Below are positions 17,255 to 24,599 of a stretch of DNA of 27,219 nt, one piece after another; position 1 is the first letter of the stretch; the number at the start of each line of letters is the position of its first letter. The notes below the pieces were generated by a model. The model was not told the DNA's origin, did no database searches, and saw only the letters and a program-made list of their open reading frames with translations. Origin of the DNA: Candidatus Zixiibacteriota bacterium (lineage in GTDB: Bacteria > Zixibacteria > MSB-5A5 > SM1-73); NCBI GenBank assembly GCA_022866585.1, contig JALHUP010000024.1, positions 1-27,219 of the forward strand. Direction: 5' to 3'. Both the position numbers and the translations under genes were made by a program.

Positions 17255-17282
17255 CCAGCACCTAACTTAAGTTAGGTGCTGG
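17255..17282. repeat. Perfect 28-bp palindrome CCAGCACCTAACTTAAGTTAGGTGCTGG
   Basis: Checked base by base: identical to its own reverse complement. Lies between the phosphoesterase stop and the kinase start. Confidence 0.9.
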
Positions 17283-17312
17283 ATTTCCCCCTAAATCGAG
17301 CTTGAGCCTTTT

Positions 17313-18041
17313 TTACCTTCCCAAAGCCAATCGATCGATCAGAAATTGGGGAAGTCCCCTTTTTTTCATCTTTGTTTGGGTCTTCTTATAATCATAGGGA
17401 AGTCTTTTCAAAGTTGCTTTTTTCTCTTCAACATCATATATTAAATAACAAGCCTGGTTAGATCCGTCTCTGGGTTGTCCTACTGAGCCGATATTCACGA
17501 TGTATCTAAATCCGTCCTCTATTTGGACCCAAGGCTTTTCATGCAAAAAACAGTGCTTATCTTTGTATTTTTCAATTATGGCTGGATGGTGAGAATGACC
17601 TATAAGGCAAGCCTGTTTATTGAAAAAGTGAAAATTCTCCTCCGCATCATCCAAATCGAAGATATAGTTCCATTCTTGTGGTTCTTTGGGGGTGGAATGG
17701 ACTAAATAAAATAGATCAAATCTATGGTCCATTGAAAAGCTTGATAAAACCTTTAAGCTCTTTTCGGTCAAGACGCTTTTGGTCCATTCCATGGACTTTT
17801 GCGCATAGGGGTTAAAAAGATTGGTCTCTATTAAACCCAAGGCTGCGTAATCATGGTTTCCCATCAATTTGATCCCGGATACCTCCTCGATTATAGAGGT
17901 ACATTCATTGGGATCAGGACCATATCCCACCGCATCCCCCAAAAAGAATATTTTATCCAGCTTCTCTTTTTTGAAGTCTGCTATCACCACCTTCAAAGCC
18001 TCAAGGTTGGCGTGAACATCGGAAAAGAAACCATATCTCAT
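17313..18041 (-). CDS. Calcineurin-like metallophosphoesterase (YfcE/MJ0912-like)
   Basis: SDVHAN, GDAVGYGPDP, GNHD, VHSTP, GHSHHP, NIGSVGQPRD metal-binding motifs. Confidence 0.92.
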   Translation of the reverse strand: MRYGFFSDVHANLEALKVVIADFKKEKLDKIFFLGDAVGYGPDPNECTSIIEEVSGIKLMGNHDYAALGLIETNLFNPYAQKSMEWTKSVLTEKSLKVLSSFSMDHRFDLFYLVHSTPKEPQEWNYIFDLDDAEENFHFFNKQACLIGHSHHPAIIEKYKDKHCFLHEKPWVQIEDGFRYIVNIGSVGQPRDGSNQACYLIYDVEEKKATLKRLPYDYKKTQTKMKKRGLPQFLIDRLALGR

Positions 18042-18733
18042 TTATTCTTCCCTTGAATGAACCGAAAAACTGATTTGCCCACCTCAATTAAGTCATCATT
18101 TTTCAATTGATACCTTTGGACCTCTTCCCCATTTACTTTGGTCTTACCCTTCCGTCCTAAATTCATCAAAATATGACCATCCTTTTCTTTAGTCATCTTA
18201 GCTTGAATTTTGGAAACCAAGAGACCTTTAACCTTTATGTTTACATACTTGGATTTGCCAAAGGTGATCACCGGTTTGTCCAAATAGAACTGCTTTACAT
18301 TCGCATTCTCCTGTCCCAAAAGGACTGAGCAACCTGCTACTGCCGTTATCTCTTTTCCCTTCTTATCCTTCTCCAGAAGTTTCTTTTGCTTTTTGGTGCT
18401 TAAGACCATGGTTCCATCCAGGTCAGTCAACTTAATGTCCTTGGGAGAATCCTGGTGATATACTAAATTAAATTTGCCGATGGTGATCTTATCGTTGTCC
18501 TTTAATATCTCTTCGTTTATCTTTCGGTGGTTTACAAAAGTGCCGTTCAAGCTTTCCTTGTCGATTATTAAGGCGGAGTCATCGCCAAATTCGACTTCAG
18601 CGTGTCTTCTTGAAACAGCTTTGTTGTCTAACACTATATCGTTATCCGAGGTTCTCCCGATGCTTATTCTTTTCTTTTGGGTTACTATTTTTTCGATCAC
18701 CTTATCCTCATACGTGACCACAATTTCAGGCAT
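18038..18733 (-). CDS. Tandem FHA-domain protein (FHA1 canonical, FHA2 degenerate)
   Basis: FHA1 has IGR-TSDNDIVL-DNKAVSRRHA ... SLNGTFVN. FHA2 has FGK-SKYVNIKV-KGLLVSKIQA ... GRKGKTKVNG. The stop overlaps the phosphoesterase start (ATGA at 18038-18041). Confidence 0.9.
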   Translation of the reverse strand: MPEIVVTYEDKVIEKIVTQKKRISIGRTSDNDIVLDNKAVSRRHAEVEFGDDSALIIDKESLNGTFVNHRKINEEILKDNDKITIGKFNLVYHQDSPKDIKLTDLDGTMVLSTKKQKKLLEKDKKGKEITAVAGCSVLLGQENANVKQFYLDKPVITFGKSKYVNIKVKGLLVSKIQAKMTKEKDGHILMNLGRKGKTKVNGEEVQRYQLKNDDLIEVGKSVFRFIQGKNK

Positions 18734-18765
18734 CTTCTCCCCCTTTGTTTAAAATTTGAGGCAAA

Positions 18766-18794
18766 AGAATAATGTCTTTTTAGATTTTTGTCAA
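18766..18794 (-). promoter_or_regulatory. Sigma70-type promoter upstream of the FHA-phosphoesterase-kinase operon
   Basis: TTGACA (18794-18789), 17-nt spacer, TATTCT (18771-18766). Confidence 0.6.
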
Positions 18795-18980
18795 CAACTT
18801 TTATTAAAATATGCCCTTTTAAACAAGCCCAAGAAACAGAGGAACTTATCCCTTTCTGAGCAGGACTTTTGTTTAATTATATTGTCGACATGAAAATCTG
18901 AAAACTTGATCTTACCCGCCGGAGTAATTTTAGCCGATTAATCAGCCTGGGTAAACCTAATTAATCTAATTACATGATGC

Positions 18981-19012
18981 AAAAAGGTCAGGAAGATTCT
19001 CCTGACCTTTTT
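18981..19012. terminator. Bidirectional intrinsic terminator downstream of the DUF4398-like gene
   Basis: AAAAAGGTCAGGA-AGATTC-TCCTGACCTTTTT: perfect stem with A5/T5 flanks. Confidence 0.85.
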
Positions 19013-19065
19013 ATCTGATCAGAAATGATAGTGGCGAAATGGTCCTATGGATCCACAAGTCGGAT

Positions 19066-19677
19066 TTATTTCTTAGATTCTTTTGTTGGCTTGGAACTTG
19101 ATGGCGTCTTTTGCTTGGCCATTATGAGTTCTCTTAGCTCATTATCCTTGCCGGTGATTTGTTGATATGCTTCACTTGCTCTTTTTGAAGCAACGTCGAA
19201 GCTTCCATTGTCGAACTCTTCTTGAGCCCGTTTTAACTGATCTTCCCAGTTGGGAATTTGTATAGACAGATCGGTCTGCTCTTTAGGAATTTTCCAATCT
19301 TGAGCTATTTTCTGGGTGCTTTTAAGTTGCTCCATAGCGGTTTGGCAGCCACTGATAAAATTCTCAGCCTTCATCTTCATATCTTCCTTGCCGATTGCGG
19401 CTTGGGCGGCCGCTGTGTCAGCTATTCCCATGGCGTTTATTAACAGCTTTTTGGCTTCCCCATAATTTTTCTGGGCAATCAGATTCTCCGCCTCTGTCAA
19501 TAAGTTTTCTGCTTGGGTAAAAATATCCGAGGCATATCTGTCCGCCTCCGCCTCTCTGGCCTTCTCCAGTGCATCCCTGGCTGCGGTTAACTCTTTTTTA
19601 GGTTCACCCGCACAACTCAAAATCACTAAGAAAAAAGCAAGAATGACCAATGAGATGATCAAAATCTCTTTTTTCAT
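19066..19677 (-). CDS. Predicted alpha-helical lipoprotein with DUF4398-like domain
   Basis: MKKEILIISLVILAFFLVILSC lipobox; Ala-rich helices ELTAARDALEKAREAEADRYA..F..AENLL..AE; AAGGAGGTGA RBS. The family call is from recalled pattern. Confidence 0.8.
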   Translation of the reverse strand: MKKEILIISLVILAFFLVILSCAGEPKKELTAARDALEKAREAEADRYASDIFTQAENLLTEAENLIAQKNYGEAKKLLINAMGIADTAAAQAAIGKEDMKMKAENFISGCQTAMEQLKSTQKIAQDWKIPKEQTDLSIQIPNWEDQLKRAQEEFDNGSFDVASKRASEAYQQITGKDNELRELIMAKQKTPSSSKPTKESKK

Positions 19678-19898
19678 ATGAGCCTTTCACCTCCTTTTTG
19701 TTTTTTATTTTTGGGTTTTATTCAATTATTCTCTTGATATGGAACCGGTTTGGTTTTCCGTATTCCCGTGTAAAAAGATAAAACTTAGGTTAAAAACTTT
19801 CTAAGAATTGTATTTATTAACTAAATGTTTTTTAAATTCGCCTCATTTCAGTTTTTAAAAGGAAGACCCAACTGATCTTCTTTTTTTGATTGGGCACT

Positions 19899-19926
19899 AA
19901 TATATAAACCTAACTCTTTTTGTCAA
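19899..19926 (-). promoter_or_regulatory. Possible sigma70-type promoter of the lipoprotein gene
   Basis: TTGACA (19926-19921), 16-nt spacer, TATATT (19904-19899). Implies a leader of about 210 nt. Confidence 0.5.
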
Positions 19927-20023
19927 GAAAAATTTTGGATGTTTCTGAGAAAGCTAAATTGGTTGGGTTTTCTGTAGATTAAGTCCTTCAGAGTGAACTA
20001 TTCAGATATTTGAAGAGAAAAAC

Positions 20024-20093
20024 GCAGGTTCTAAATCGAACCTACGCCACAAATATTTTTCTACCAAATTCGGAGCCATGAAGGCTCCGCTAC
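20024..20093 (-). repeat. Two GTAG-type REP-like hairpins directly after the folD stop
   Basis: 20071-20093 GTAGC-GGAGCC-TTCAT-GGCTCC-G and 20024-20045 GTAGGTTC-GATTTA-GAACCTGC, both read on minus. Confidence 0.7.
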
Positions 20094-20099
20094 GTGACC

Positions 20100-20996
20100 T
20101 TAATCCGTTGACCGATCCCTTGACTGCATCTCGCATGCTTTGACCGTATTGGACAGAAGCATAGCAATAGTCATGGGACCTACGCCACCGGGGACCGGGG
20201 TAATGGCTCCGGCTACCTCTTTGATTGAATCAAAATCGACATCCCCTACCAGCCTATATCCGGATTTGGTGGAGGGATCTTCTATTCTATTAGTTCCCAC
20301 ATCGATGACCACTACACCCGGCTTGACCATGTCTGCCGTTACAAATTTAGCCTTTCCCATAGCCGCAATCAAAATATCCGCTTGCAAAGTAAGGCTGGCC
20401 AAATCTTTGGTAGCAGTATGACAGACGGTCACCGTGGCATTTGCCCCTTTGGCTTTCTGGAATAGCATGGGAGCAAGGGGTCTTCCCACCAGGCTTCCTC
20501 GGCCCAAGATAACCACATGCTTACCTGAAGGGTCATTTCCTGATCTTATCAATAGTTCTTGAATGCCCAAAGGGGTGCAAGGCAAAAAGGTCGGCTTTCC
20601 AGCTAACATCATTCCCACATTAAAGGGATGAAATCCGTCCACATCCTTTTTTGGATCAATAGCTAAAATAACCTTTTCTTCACTTATCTGTTCCGGAGTG
20701 GGAAACTGAACCAATATCCCGTGAATACTTTTTTTCTGATTAAGCTCCTCGATTTTTTTTAAAAGATCAGATTCAGGCAATTCCCTGGGATACCTATAAA
20801 CCTCAGAGTAAATTCCCACTTCTTCACAGGCTTTGGTTTTCATGTTCACATAAACCTGGGAGGCAGGATTGTCTCCCACCAATATGGCGGCCAGCCCAGG
20901 AAGGATTCCCTTTTTCTTAAGATTTTCCAGTTTTCCTTTTAGATTCTCTTTGATCTCAGAAGAAATTTTCTTTCCATCAATTATCTCAGCAGGCAT
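20100..20996 (-). CDS. folD: Bifunctional methylenetetrahydrofolate dehydrogenase/cyclohydrolase
   Basis: IIDGKKIS, LAAILVGDNPASQVYV, KDVDGFHP, PCTPLG, VVIDVG, ITPVPGGVGPMTIAMLL. GAGGGGAG precedes ATG 20996, so the start was moved from 21047. Confidence 0.97.
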   Translation of the reverse strand: MPAEIIDGKKISSEIKENLKGKLENLKKKGILPGLAAILVGDNPASQVYVNMKTKACEEVGIYSEVYRYPRELPESDLLKKIEELNQKKSIHGILVQFPTPEQISEEKVILAIDPKKDVDGFHPFNVGMMLAGKPTFLPCTPLGIQELLIRSGNDPSGKHVVILGRGSLVGRPLAPMLFQKAKGANATVTVCHTATKDLASLTLQADILIAAMGKAKFVTADMVKPGVVVIDVGTNRIEDPSTKSGYRLVGDVDFDSIKEVAGAITPVPGGVGPMTIAMLLSNTVKACEMQSRDRSTD

Positions 20997-21078
20997 TTTT
21001 CTCCCCTCTGGTATAGGAATAGCAAGACTCATCTTGCGTCTTTCCAAAGATACAAAACAATACCTCTACTATTTTGGT

Positions 21079-21891
21079 TTAAATCTTCTCAGCATTATCA
21101 TCTTCCAACTGGGGCAAATCTATTCTGATTCTCTCGATGCTCAAAGCTTTACCAGAATCCGGATCGATCTTGACCAGTGCCCCGCAAAATTTGATATCAT
21201 CCTTAGCCAAAGTAAATCTTCTGGGAATCTGAGTTAAAAAGCGAGCGATGGCGTCTTCTTTGATTATTCCGATCACTGAATCATGAGGGCCGGTCATTCC
21301 CACATCGGTAATGTATGCAGTTCCTTGAGGAAGGATGATCTCGTCTGCCGTTTGCACATGCGTATGAGTTCCTAAGACCGCAGAGACTTTGCCATCCAGA
21401 TACCATCCTAAGGCCATTTTTTCTGAGGTAGCTTCAGCATGCAAATCCACGATAATGATCTTAGTCTGCTCTCTAATCTTTTCTATTTCTTTATCCGCTA
21501 TTCTGAAAGGACAATCGATCTCTTTGATATAGACTTTTCCTTGAATATTTATTACTCCAATTTTGGAATCATTTTTTAAATCGAAGATAGCCGCTCCCCT
21601 TCCCGGGACATTCGGAGGATAGTTAGCTGGTCTTAAGATGCGCAAGCTTTCATTTAGATAGGGAAAGATATCCTTTCGATCCCAGATGTGATTTCCACTG
21701 GTCAAGCAATCCACCCCGTAGTGGTGAATTTTTTGCGCAATTTCTTTGGTTAAACCAAATCCACCGGCGGCGTTTTCCACGTTGGCAATAGTAAAATCTA
21801 TCTGGTGAATTTTCTTAAGTTCCGGCAAAATCTGCGAGACGGCCCATCTTCCCGGTTTGCCCATTATATCCGCAATGAATAATATGTTCAA
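21079..21891 (-). CDS. ymdB: YmdB-family (TIGR00282-like) 2',3'-cyclic-nucleotide phosphodiesterase
   Basis: ILFIADIMGKPG, ANVENAAGGFG, TSGNHIWD, RPANYP, DLHAEATSEK, GTHTHVQTAD, TDVGMTG. Directly downstream of rny, the usual arrangement. Confidence 0.95.
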   Translation of the reverse strand: MNILFIADIMGKPGRWAVSQILPELKKIHQIDFTIANVENAAGGFGLTKEIAQKIHHYGVDCLTSGNHIWDRKDIFPYLNESLRILRPANYPPNVPGRGAAIFDLKNDSKIGVINIQGKVYIKEIDCPFRIADKEIEKIREQTKIIIVDLHAEATSEKMALGWYLDGKVSAVLGTHTHVQTADEIILPQGTAYITDVGMTGPHDSVIGIIKEDAIARFLTQIPRRFTLAKDDIKFCGALVKIDPDSGKALSIERIRIDLPQLEDDNAEKI

Positions 21892-21953
21892 ATCTCAAAT
21901 CCTATCTCTGATTCTTAGCCTTTAGATTTTTATTGATATATTTGCAAGCAAAC

Positions 21954-21972
21954 GCGACACAAGTGTCGCTAC
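21954..21972 (-). repeat. GTAG-type REP-like hairpin flanked by 7-bp repeats
   Basis: Minus strand GTAG-CGACAC-TT-GTGTCG-C. Adjacent 7-bp units CTCCTGA-CCTTTCA-CCTTTTG-CCTAACA at about 21972-21999. Confidence 0.6.
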
Positions 21973-22002
21973 TCCTGACCTTTCACCTTTTGCCTAACAC
22001 CT

Positions 22003-23565
22003 TTATTTAGCATATTCCACCGCTCTGGTTTCCCTGATCACAGTAACCTTAATCTGACCGGGGTATTCCAGTTCTGCTTCGATCTTTTTAGCAATCTCTA
22101 TGGCCAACTCCTCTGCTTTTTTGTCGTCGATATGTTCGTGCTCCACTATGATTCTGATCTCCCTTCCAGCTTGAATAGCATAAGATTTAGCCACACCCTT
22201 AAAGGAATCAGCCAACTCCTCCAATTTCTCTAATCTCTTGATGTAACCTTCCAAAGTTTCCCTTCTCGCGCCTGGCCTGGCACCAGAGATGGCATCTGCG
22301 GCCTGAACCAGAACGGAATAGACAGATTCCTGGATAACATCCTCATGATGAGCCGCAATAGCATTTAATACTATAGGATTTTCGCCATATTTCTGCGCAA
22401 CGCTGTAACCTATCTGACTATGAGTTCCTTCCGTCTCCCGATCTACCGCCTTCCCTATATCATGTAAAAGCCCGGCCCTTTTTGCTAAATTGGCATCCAA
22501 GCTCAACTCTGCGGCCATCAGACCGCAAAGATATGCTACCTCCTTGCTATGTTGCAGAACGTTCTGTCCATAACTGGTTCTGAATTGGAGTTTTCCCAAA
22601 AGCTTGACCAGCTCCGGATGAATCCCATGTATTCCCACATCAAAACAGGTTTGTTCTCCAGTCTCCCGGATGATTACCTCCATCTCCTTTTCACATTTTG
22701 CCACCACCTCTTCGATACGAGCGGGATGAATTCTGCCATCCATGGTCAACTTCTCCAGAGCCATGCGGGCGACCTCTCTTCTTATGGGGTCGTAGCCCGA
22801 TAATATGACCGCCTCTGGGGTATCATCCACAATCACGTCGATTCCAGTTGCGGTTTCAAAGGAGCGAATGTTCCTCCCCTCCCTTCCGATGATCCTTCCC
22901 TTCATCTCTTCATTGGGGAGATTCACAACTGAGACCGTGGATTCCACAGTGTGATCAGCCGCACATCTTTGAATCGCGGAAATTATAATATTTTTTGCTT
23001 CCTTCTCCGCAGTCTGTTCAGCCTGCTCTTTGATCTCCTTGATGAGCTGGGTCGCTTCCTGTCTGGCTTGATTCTCCAAGTTTTCCATCAAAAGTTTTTT
23101 AGCCTCATCCGTGGTCATCTGAGCGATCTTTTCTAACTGTTTATTCTGATCTGCAATCAATCGCTTAAGTTCCTCATCTTTTAATCTTAAGGCTTTATCC
23201 CGGGCATATAAGATCTTTTCTTTGTTTTGAATATCCCTTTCTTTTCGGTTTAGGATGTCAACCTTTCGGTCCAGATTTGCCTCCCTGTCGGAAAGCACTT
23301 TTTCCAACCTTTGAATTTCTATCTTCCTGTTTTGGGATTCCCTTTCGAAATTGACCTTGGTTTTGTACCACTCGTCCTTAGCTTCTAAAATGGCCTCTTT
23401 TTTCTTTATCTCCGCTTCTTTTTCTGCCTCCCGTACAATTTTTCGAGCTAACTCCTCGGCTCGGCCTATCTTTGCCTCTGCGATTTTTCGGCTGACAAAC
23501 CACCCCAAAAAGAAGGATAAGACCGCAGCTCCTATAACTATGCCCACAATCATTATGTTGGTCAT
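22003..23565 (-). CDS. rny: Ribonuclease Y
   Basis: N-terminal TM, long coiled coil, KH domain ([14 protein letters not shown]), HD domain (GLLHDIGK), [30 protein letters not shown] lies 8 nt before ATG 23565. Confidence 0.98.
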   Translation of the reverse strand: MTNIMIVGIVIGAAVLSFFLGWFVSRKIAEAKIGRAEELARKIVREAEKEAEIKKKEAILEAKDEWYKTKVNFERESQNRKIEIQRLEKVLSDREANLDRKVDILNRKERDIQNKEKILYARDKALRLKDEELKRLIADQNKQLEKIAQMTTDEAKKLLMENLENQARQEATQLIKEIKEQAEQTAEKEAKNIIISAIQRCAADHTVESTVSVVNLPNEEMKGRIIGREGRNIRSFETATGIDVIVDDTPEAVILSGYDPIRREVARMALEKLTMDGRIHPARIEEVVAKCEKEMEVIIRETGEQTCFDVGIHGIHPELVKLLGKLQFRTSYGQNVLQHSKEVAYLCGLMAAELSLDANLAKRAGLLHDIGKAVDRETEGTHSQIGYSVAQKYGENPIVLNAIAAHHEDVIQESVYSVLVQAADAISGARPGARRETLEGYIKRLEKLEELADSFKGVAKSYAIQAGREIRIIVEHEHIDDKKAEELAIEIAKKIEAELEYPGQIKVTVIRETRAVEYAK

Positions 23566-23638
23566 ACCCAATTCCTCCTTCCCGAAAGGTCCTTTAAGCG
23601 CAAACTATATGATTCATACCCTTCGGAGCAAAAATGAA

Positions 23639-23749
23639 AAACCCCACTTCGGTTTCGAGAATTTTGCTTTGTCTTTTTGCGAGGAAAGACTTTCAGCTTC
23701 CTTAGGTAATATCAAGCCAAAGCAAAATCGGACAGCTTTTGTGGGGATC
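23639..23749 (-). ncRNA. ssrS: Putative compact 6S RNA (ssrS)
   Basis: Located between zapA and rny. On minus it folds as a rod: ATCCCCAC/GTGGGGTT closing stem, internal bubble, TTTTGCTTTG/CAAAGCAAAA stem and an apical region with a GTCTTT/AAAGAC hairpin. No covariance search was run. Confidence 0.55.
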
Positions 23750-23768
23750 AAAAGCAAAAACAGATTTT

Positions 23769-24071
23769 TCAGATATCTTCTTGGGATACCCTGCTATCTA
23801 ACCATTCCAGTAAGGTCTCGGTTCTCTTTTCTACATCCGCAAGTTTTTTTTCTTTATCTTCTCTTTCTTTGAATAGCTCATCGGTTATATTTATGCCGGC
23901 CAATACCGCCACCCTTAAAGGTGACTTATTGGACAGCCTCTCTGCTACCTCTCTCATCCTCAGGTCCACATATTTCCCCACCCGTAGTATATATCCACTA
24001 TCGGCCTCCCCTCTGATAGGATAATCCTCACCAAAAATATTGACTTTAACCGATTGTTTTCTATCTTCCAT
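23769..24071 (-). CDS. zapA: Cell division protein ZapA
   Basis: VKVNIFGEDYPI, VGKYVDLRMREV, RVAVLAGINITDELF, C-terminal coiled coil. Confidence 0.92.
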   Translation of the reverse strand: MEDRKQSVKVNIFGEDYPIRGEADSGYILRVGKYVDLRMREVAERLSNKSPLRVAVLAGINITDELFKEREDKEKKLADVEKRTETLLEWLDSRVSQEDI

Positions 24072-24199
24072 TAATTCCTAACTATTCTTTAAAAATATCC
24101 AAGAAATCTTTTGCTTTTCTCCCCACACTTCAACTTTAAGTATTCAAAAAACTCCTCGCAAATAATAATACGAAATTTTGATCAGATCGTCAACGACAT

Positions 24200-24484
24200 T
24201 TATTCAAAATTTTCTACAAAGGTCAATTTTTCCAAAAGTTTTTCCAATTGCCTTCTGATCTTTTCTTCCTTCTGCTTGAAGTCTCCTTCCTTCTCTTTAA
24301 GCTCTTTTTTTAGTCTTTCGTTTTCTAAGCTTAGGTTTTTGGTTTTCTCCTCGAACTGGCAAATCTGGTCAGCCAGTCCGCTATAAGAGGAAGAGATCTG
24401 CTGGTTCTCCTGCCTCAATTTGTCAATGATTTTTATGGCTTTGGTGATTTTCTCTTCCAGCTTTTCAAAATTTTCCAATTGCAT
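24200..24484 (-). CDS. Coiled-coil protein, ZapB-like
   Basis: All-helical heptad pattern (FEKLEEKITKAIKIIDKLRQEN...LSLENERLKKEL) directly upstream of zapA. Confidence 0.8.
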   Translation of the reverse strand: MQLENFEKLEEKITKAIKIIDKLRQENQQISSSYSGLADQICQFEEKTKNLSLENERLKKELKEKEGDFKQKEEKIRRQLEKLLEKLTFVENFE

Positions 24485-24599
24485 GATCCAAAATCCAAGT
24501 AATGAGTGTTGAGTTTCAAGTTTTGAGAAAAAGTTTTATTATGACATCTATATTCAGTAGAGTTCTTTATCCTCTCTACTCAATATTCAAGACTCGAAA

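Noticed and set aside
18905-18955. TTACCC...GGGTAA stem containing the near-palindrome GCCGATTAATCAGC between the terminator and the FHA promoter
   Set aside because: It could be an operator or small RNA, but it occurs once, matches no motif I recognise and has no supporting promoter.
7800-21999. Short palindromic repeats considered as a possible CRISPR array or integron attC cassette array
   Set aside because: The repeats are dispersed singly or in pairs between housekeeping genes. There is no regular repeat-spacer periodicity, no cas or integrase gene and no attC R/L box pattern.
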